Shown here one piece after another: positions 57,941-64,000 of a DNA stretch of 64,000 nucleotides (its first letter is position 1; the number at the start of each line of letters is the position of its first letter). The notes under the pieces were generated by a model that saw nothing but the letters and a program-made list of their open reading frames with translations, did no database searches and was not told the DNA's origin. Made by a program: the position numbers and the translations under genes. This stretch comes from Macrostomum lignano (taxonomy: Eukaryota): assembly GCA_002269645.1 (NCBI GenBank), contig NIVC01003161.1, forward strand, positions 1 through 64,000, written 5' to 3'.

Positions 57941-58990
57941 ATTTTTTTATTTTATTGATACAACTGCTGTAGGGCTTTTTGAAATGCTGTCTGGGCAGGT
58001 CCGGAGACACCTGGACTCAGGTGCAGGTGCAGTGCCTGTCTGAGGCCGCCGCGATTTACCGAGCGCAGGCGAGCAGCGATGTGCACTGCTCTGTGATCGC
58101 GTCCAGCAAGCAGAAAGTCGGAATCATTTTGGCCCAGTTCGAGCCGGCCTCTCTCCGCTGCAGTCTCTTCCGCTACCAGTCCGTGTGTCGCGACCTTGTC
58201 TTTGGCGGTGCGAGCAGCGACTGCCGAGTGCTCATCCGATTTCCGATCAAATATCCGGCTCAGCTCAACCCGAAGCTCACAAACGTGTGGCTCGGAGACG
58301 ACATGTCTGCATTTGAGAATGTCGTGTGCCAGGCTGACGAAGAGACCAACCGAATTTATCCGGTCGGAGTCCAGTGGACAGAGGAGGGCGCCGCGTTCGA
58401 TGGGAGCAGCTCGTTTCTGGCCATGAACAAGAGCGACATCGGGTTCGGCACAGGCGTCACGGTGCTGCTCAGGATGAAGTGGCAGCTGCAGGTGCAGATC
58501 TTCTTCGATTTTCTAAACTGTGCTGACTTCGAAACCGGACCCTTCTACCACCGTATCTGGGAGTTCGCCGCTGCTTCTAAACTCCTTTTCGTGATCAAAA
58601 CCGAAGCCGGTGCCACTCCCACACGTTATCAATCCAAGGACCACTAGAAGTTGCCGAAAGACAACGGTCACTTCTAGTGGTCCTTGTATCAATCTTCGAC
58701 AACTCCGCGGACTTCGAACGCCAACGAGTGGGTGAACATCGGCTTCACATCGACTCTAGCGGCTGACTCGACTCCAGCGGAGCGTTCGTGAACGACGCCT
58801 CTTGCCGACAGCCTCCTTCAGCCTGATAGCTAATTCTAGCTATACTCTGCTGCCTCAGTTCTGCTTCAGATTTGGCAAGCGACTCAGTAATGACCGAATG
58901 TTCAAAGGCACAGTGAGGGCAATCGCCATGAGCGGGGCTTCATGTCCAAAAGCGAGATCCGCTAATTCTTCGCTGCTATTCATTGATTTA
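57941..58990 (+). pseudogene. Disrupted LamG-family paralogue 3
   Basis: Near-identical to paralogue 1 over 57995-58479, then diverged. TAG in the signal region, 52-bp TIR insertion, 5-bp duplication and further frameshifts. Confidence 0.82.
58635..58686. mobile_element. 52-bp micro-MITE of the CAAGGAC family with 17-bp perfect TIRs and 8-bp TSD
   Basis: CAAGGACCACTAGAAGT / ACTTCTAGTGGTCCTTG flanked by TATCAATC at 58627-58634 and 58687-58694. Confidence 0.92.
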
Positions 58991-59239
58991 AACTGTGTTA
59001 CATGTACAATCGCAATGTCAGCAATCATTATCTCTGTTTAACGTAATGGCAAGTAATGCGTGCCGGTGAACTCTGTTTGGCATCTGTGTAACTTCTATTC
59101 CATTCCACTAAACTGCACTGCACCAGTGTCAGAACAAATTTCTGCTTTGTACAAAAACTGTTATGGCTAGATGATGACTCTTCAGCAATATCTATAGAGA
59201 CTTTCAAAATCATTACGTGACTATATGACAGCTCATGCA

Positions 59240-59385
59240 CCCAAACCTCATGCAGCAGCCTCCAATTAATGCGAGAGTTAAGTGTCTTATTGCTCAAGGA
59301 CACAAATTGTTTTAGTGGGATGGGGAATCGAACCCACTTTCCTTTAAGTCGTGAGTCCGACGCTCTAATCACTAGGCTACACCCC
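59240..59385 (-). mobile_element. tRNA-derived SINE with CORE-like motif
   Basis: Minus strand GGGGTGTAGCCTAGTGATTAG (A box)...GGTTCGATTCCC (B box), followed by GTGTCCTTGAGCAATAAGACACTTAAC, which resembles CORE-type SINE domains. Confidence 0.7.
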
Positions 59386-61262
59386 TCCCCATCACAGTGA
59401 TTAAAACATCATGTCACATACAAAAAAGTGCATACGTATACGTAGTGTACAGCTGACAGTTAAACAGTTTTTCGGGTTAAAATAATTGGGCGCAGACCAT
59501 TAATGAACAGAGCATTTAGAAGGACACATCGCTAATAATGTTTGAGATTAAATTAAATGAAGTAAATATTTAAACTGAACTTCAAAAAATTCTTTATTTC
59601 AACTTTTTTTGTGAACTAGCTACTTGTTATACCGCAGGATGTTTTGGCGAAATTTCATAAATAAAGCATTCCAGGAAACAGACGTTTTGAAAATGTCAAA
59701 TGACAAAAACCTCTACTCTACTTACACTGTGATTAGCTTACTAGCGACGATTTTTAAAGAATTTTTTGATATAGCTTTGAACACTACATTCTAGTTCTAA
59801 AATTATATTAAACTACATAAACACCTCATTTTTAGTCATTTTGATGATAGTTTATGCTTTAATTTTTTATGATTGTTGATTATTTGATATTTCCACTGTT
59901 TTTTAGGCGTAGTAGTATATAGGAAGTAGCTGATATTTGTTTTGCTGAACTTAATCAGTTTAGAAAACTTTCTAGGCTTTTGATTTTAGCAAAGTATTTT
60001 ATAATAGCAATTTTAATAATGAAAATATTGACATTTGAAATTTGGCATTTGCAGCTTAAGAAATTTTTATTAACTTTAACTAAGTAAGTAGAGAAAAAGA
60101 CATTCTTTAACCTTTGGCTTTAGATTATTTTGTATATCTAATTTAGTATACTTTTAGTAGGCCCTAGCCTTATTTTAGTGCATGTTTTGTAGTAGTATTT
60201 TTATGTCTTATGCATAAAATTACATAATCTATTAAACAATGTTGATGAAATAAAAAAATAATTTAATCATGACATAGGTATCTCAGCTCCTAGAAAAGGT
60301 AGATGACTAGGTAAATGCATGTATAACTTCCTAAATTTTACCCAGCCAGTGCTACATAGTTATTTTTATTAAAGATATAGTATCTCTACAGTGTAGGCTA
60401 TCTTATAACTTAGTCAGTCTCTATAGTACAAAAGGTAGCCTTTATGCCGGAAAATTCTGGCATATTTTTGCTCTTGCTGACAATCTTGGCATGCACTTGG
60501 TGTATATAATTTTCAGGTCCAACATGAAGTGTACACAGTTGGCATACAAAACAATAGCCAAGTTCAGGGCTAATGTAATCTTGTAATTAAAGATCAACCA
60601 ACAAAAGCTCCTAATATTTAAATTTTACATTGGTCTAAAATTGAAAAAAAAACATGAATTTTCTTTCGAGCATATGCCTACCATGATCCAGTCCAGACTA
60701 TAGCCTAGTCTTAAGTCCTAGCTGTGCATCTGCAGTATAAATATTTTCTCTTTCTATTTTTTATCTTTAAATATGCCTTTTATAATATGATTGATTGGTT
60801 CTTTTGTTTAATTATATTTGTCTTATATATCCCATTTATAATTTTTTGGTACTTAGTTGATCAGTTTTGCAACATTACCCACCTTAGCTATCTTGTTACC
60901 CAACTAGGTTAGCTAGGTCAGCTAGGTATTCCACATATATATCTGGTTAGATGATTGCCAAAGTTTCTGCCATTAGGCATTAAGGCTTATTGCATTTCTG
61001 CTAAATTTTAAACAATATTTAGGCTTTCAAATTCTTATTAGCTAATGATAATCCAAACAAAATATCTTCCTTTAATAAGTTTTTTTGAATATTTTTAGAG
61101 AAAGTATATTTAAAACATCAAATATGAAAGAAAAAAGCATATTATTGTATGCCTTTTTACACCTTTGCTATAATAATTTGGTTGTATTTTTTATTTAAAA
61201 ACATGGCACAAAGCATCAGAATGGTTTCTTATCTTTAACTTGAGTGTCCATTCTTTCTTCAG

Positions 61263-61531
61263 AAGCATCAGAGCAAGCAGCAGAGCTCAGCAAGTGGCAA
61301 GAGAGCCACACCATTGGCTGAAGCCGATGCACATCTGCGAGAGAAGCGCTATGTCGAAGCCATGCTTGCTTACTCCATGCTGATTGACAGCCCAGATGGA
61401 CAGCAGTCAGGCTTTCTGCCTGACGCCTATGCTGGTGAGTCTGACAGGCTGGCATAACAGTGCTTGGTGAGCTTTTAATCAGTGGATCATATATATTTGG
61501 CTACTTCTTCCCTGGTAAATCTGGCTTTATA

Positions 61532-61588
<57 letters not shown>

Positions 61589-61589
61589 G

Positions 61590-61664
<75 letters not shown>

Positions 61665-61719
61665 GTGTCTGTGTGTCTGTTTGTCTGTCTGTCTGTGTCT
61701 GTCTGTCTGTCTGTCTGTG

Positions 61720-61758
<39 letters not shown>

Positions 61759-61787
61759 GTGTCTGTCTGTCTGTCTGTCTGTCTGTG

Positions 61788-61818
<31 letters not shown>

Positions 61819-61877
61819 GTGTCTGTGTGTCTGTTTGTCTGTCTGTCTGTGTCTGTCTGTCTGTCTGTCTGTCTGTG

Positions 61878-61966
<89 letters not shown>

Positions 61967-61981
61967 GTCTGTGTGTCTGTG

Positions 61982-62020
<39 letters not shown>

Positions 62021-62102
62021 TTGTCTGTCTGTTTGTCTGTCTGTCTGTTTGTCTGTCTGTCTATTTGTCTGTCTGTCTGTCTGTCTGTTTTAGTTTCTGT
62101 CA

Positions 62103-62144
<42 letters not shown>

Positions 62145-62160
62145 TTTAGTTTCTGTCAGT

Positions 62161-62208
<48 letters not shown>

Positions 62209-62775
62209 TTTAGTTTCTGTCAGTCTGTCTGTCTGTTTTAGTGTCTGTCAGTCTATCCACCTCCAATGGTCCCGCAGGCCGCAGCGAGTGCCTCCGCCAG
62301 CTGGAGCAGCTGTACCACAGTCTGGAAGACGCCGATCGGGTCTGCCTGCTGCGGCCCCGCTGGCCCCGCGGCCACGCTCTCCGTGGCGAGGCCCTGCTAG
62401 CCGGCGTCAGCCAGCCGAGGCTCTGGCAGCTTTTCGCGAAGCGGCCCGTCTCGATCCCGGCGACGAGCTGCTGCTCGATCGGGCGCGTCGTTCAGTGGAA
62501 GAGATTCGCAGCGAAGCGTCAGCAACCAGCCGGCTGATGAGGCGGTCAGTTCTGCTGGCTGCCGGAGTGGCGCTGCTGCTGGCTCTGCTGGATTTGGCGG
62601 CGCTGGAAGGCCGTCTGCACTCGCTGCTGCCAGCGTGGCTGTTATACAGCCTGGCCTACTGTCTGTCATTTTGCTGCTGTTTCGGCATTGGCTGGGCGTA
62701 CAGATGGCTGCTACGACAGCATAAGCGAGACCTGTTAAAAAAACCCATTGATTTGTTGGAGCACCTCAAGCAGAG

Positions 62776-62779
<4 letters not shown>
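61263..62779 (+). CDS. TPR-repeat protein with two C-terminal hydrophobic segments; 5' exon not found, one frameshift
   Basis: Exons 61263-61434 and 62278-62779 join in phase 1 (AYA-G-RSECL). TPR-like [45 protein letters not shown]. Needs +1 nt near 62403. Confidence 0.78.
61532..62250. repeat. (CTGT)n microsatellite filling the TPR-gene intron
   Basis: Direct reading. Confidence 0.97.
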
Positions 62780-62839
<60 letters not shown>

Positions 62840-62862
62840 GAGAGAGAGGGGGGGGGGAGGGA
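62779..62862. repeat. (AG)n / G-rich tract just after the TPR stop codon
   Basis: Direct reading. Confidence 0.9.
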
Positions 62863-62868
62863 GAGGAG

Positions 62869-63111
62869 CAAGGACCACTGTAGAAAATACGACGTAAAAC
62901 TCAAAGATTGTGCTACTTTTTTGGACTTCGATTTCGTGGAAAAAATAGACTGCAGAAGATAAGAAAAAAATCGTTCATATTAAATCACATAATCAATGAC
63001 TGCATTAATTTGATCAGGGGCAGTAAAGATCACATTTTTGCAGGAAATCGGCCTCGGAAAACACTACACGATCTTTGAGTTTTACGTTCTGTTACTCTAC
63101 AGTGGTCCTTG
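62869..63111. mobile_element. 243-bp MITE of the CAAGGAC family
   Basis: 16-bp perfect TIR CAAGGACCACTGTAGA, extended by the subterminal match ACGTAAAACTCAAAGAT(T/C)GTG. Flanks GAGAGGAG / AAGAAGAG match 6/8. Confidence 0.85.
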
Positions 63112-63821
63112 AAGAAGAGCTGAGAAAAGACGCAAACCTTTAACGGGTCGGATTGCTGCTATTATTGTGAAGTTTCAATGGACCCTAAGGCCGGATAAAG
63201 AGGCTTCGTGTGCTGGAGTTTGCCGTTAATTTGATGGACAAGCCGGAACAATCATGCGTTGGCATTTTTTAGACAATTGTTTCAATTTAAACTGATTTAT
63301 TCTGATTAATTTTTCGGCGCTGATTTGACTAACTTTAAAAAGAAGTGCTTTTTATTGTATTATGTTTTAGTTTCAACTTTACATGTAGCTTGATGACTCA
63401 GTCTTGCAATTTGTTTTCTTGTTTATTATGAATATATTAAACAAAATAATTTTTTGCCTAAATGAATAATATGATTGTAAGTTTTTAATATTTGATAGCT
63501 ACACATTTAATTTTTAGTAATATCGTCTTGTCTAAATTGTAATTAATTATACTAAATTATAAATTACAATTATGGACTTAAAGTGGGTTTTATCAAGAGA
63601 TTTTAGTATGACTAGCTAGTTACTAGATATGCCACTCTTAATTGAGGTTGTTAAAAACTAGACCATACTCTTATTTTCAGTAGTTGGTCAGTTTAAATTT
63701 AATGACGCAGTCTAAAATTTCCTCTCCTTCCTCGGTGGCTTGCAGCCTCCGCAGCATATGGGGTTAATAATGAACAGCACACATTTAACTCGATGTACAC
63801 CAGTGAACGCAAGTCCGTCGA

Positions 63822-64000
63822 AACTTAGCCTAGGCGGAGGGTCCAATCCGGCTCAGCCAATGAGAGAGCAGTAAGGAGAGATGTGAAAGTCAGAGGACGT
63901 AACTCAGCCTAGGCGGCAGGTCCAATCCAGCTCAGCCAATGAGAGAGCAGTAAGGAGAGATGTGAAAGTCAGACGGACGAAACTCAGCTTAGGCCAGGCC
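63822..64000. repeat. ~79-bp tandem repeat running off the window end
   Basis: Two full copies of aact(t/c)agcctaggcgg..gtccaatcc.gctcagccaatgagagagcagtaaggagagatgtgaaagtcaga.ggac plus the start of a third. Confidence 0.85.

Overview
This is eukaryotic (animal) genomic DNA, not prokaryotic. It has GC-richer exons with GT-AG introns, AT-rich spacers, and many micro- and minisatellites and transposon remnants. The style resembles a free-living flatworm such as Macrostomum, but that is an inference I cannot verify. Hand-assembled gene models: an intronless 4-EF-hand calmodulin-like gene (9038-9499, -); a 16-exon FRMD3/FRMD5-type FERM-FA-TM gene (16369-34302, -) whose introns carry a ~6 kb higher-order minisatellite; a multi-exon type I membrane protein with EGF and TSP1 domains (~36222/38703-45570, -); three mosaic paralogues of a secreted Cys-rich + LamG-like protein (50873-58990, +); and a TPR + transmembrane gene (61263-62779, +). 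Mobile DNA: an intact D,D34D mariner, a Helitron 5' end, RTE-like, R1/Loa-like and Gypsy remnants, tRNA-derived SINE heads and several MITEs. The strongest new observation is a family of very small TIR elements with CAAGGAC.ACT ends. Copies of 43 and 52 bp have perfect, different 8-bp target-site duplications, a 243-bp copy has a decayed one, and there is a damaged hairpin copy; the 52-bp copy disrupts a LamG paralogue. Several host exons also need a +1 base, often in a homopolymer run, to stay in frame, most likely from long-read consensus error. All coordinates were read by eye, and repeat boundaries are approximate.
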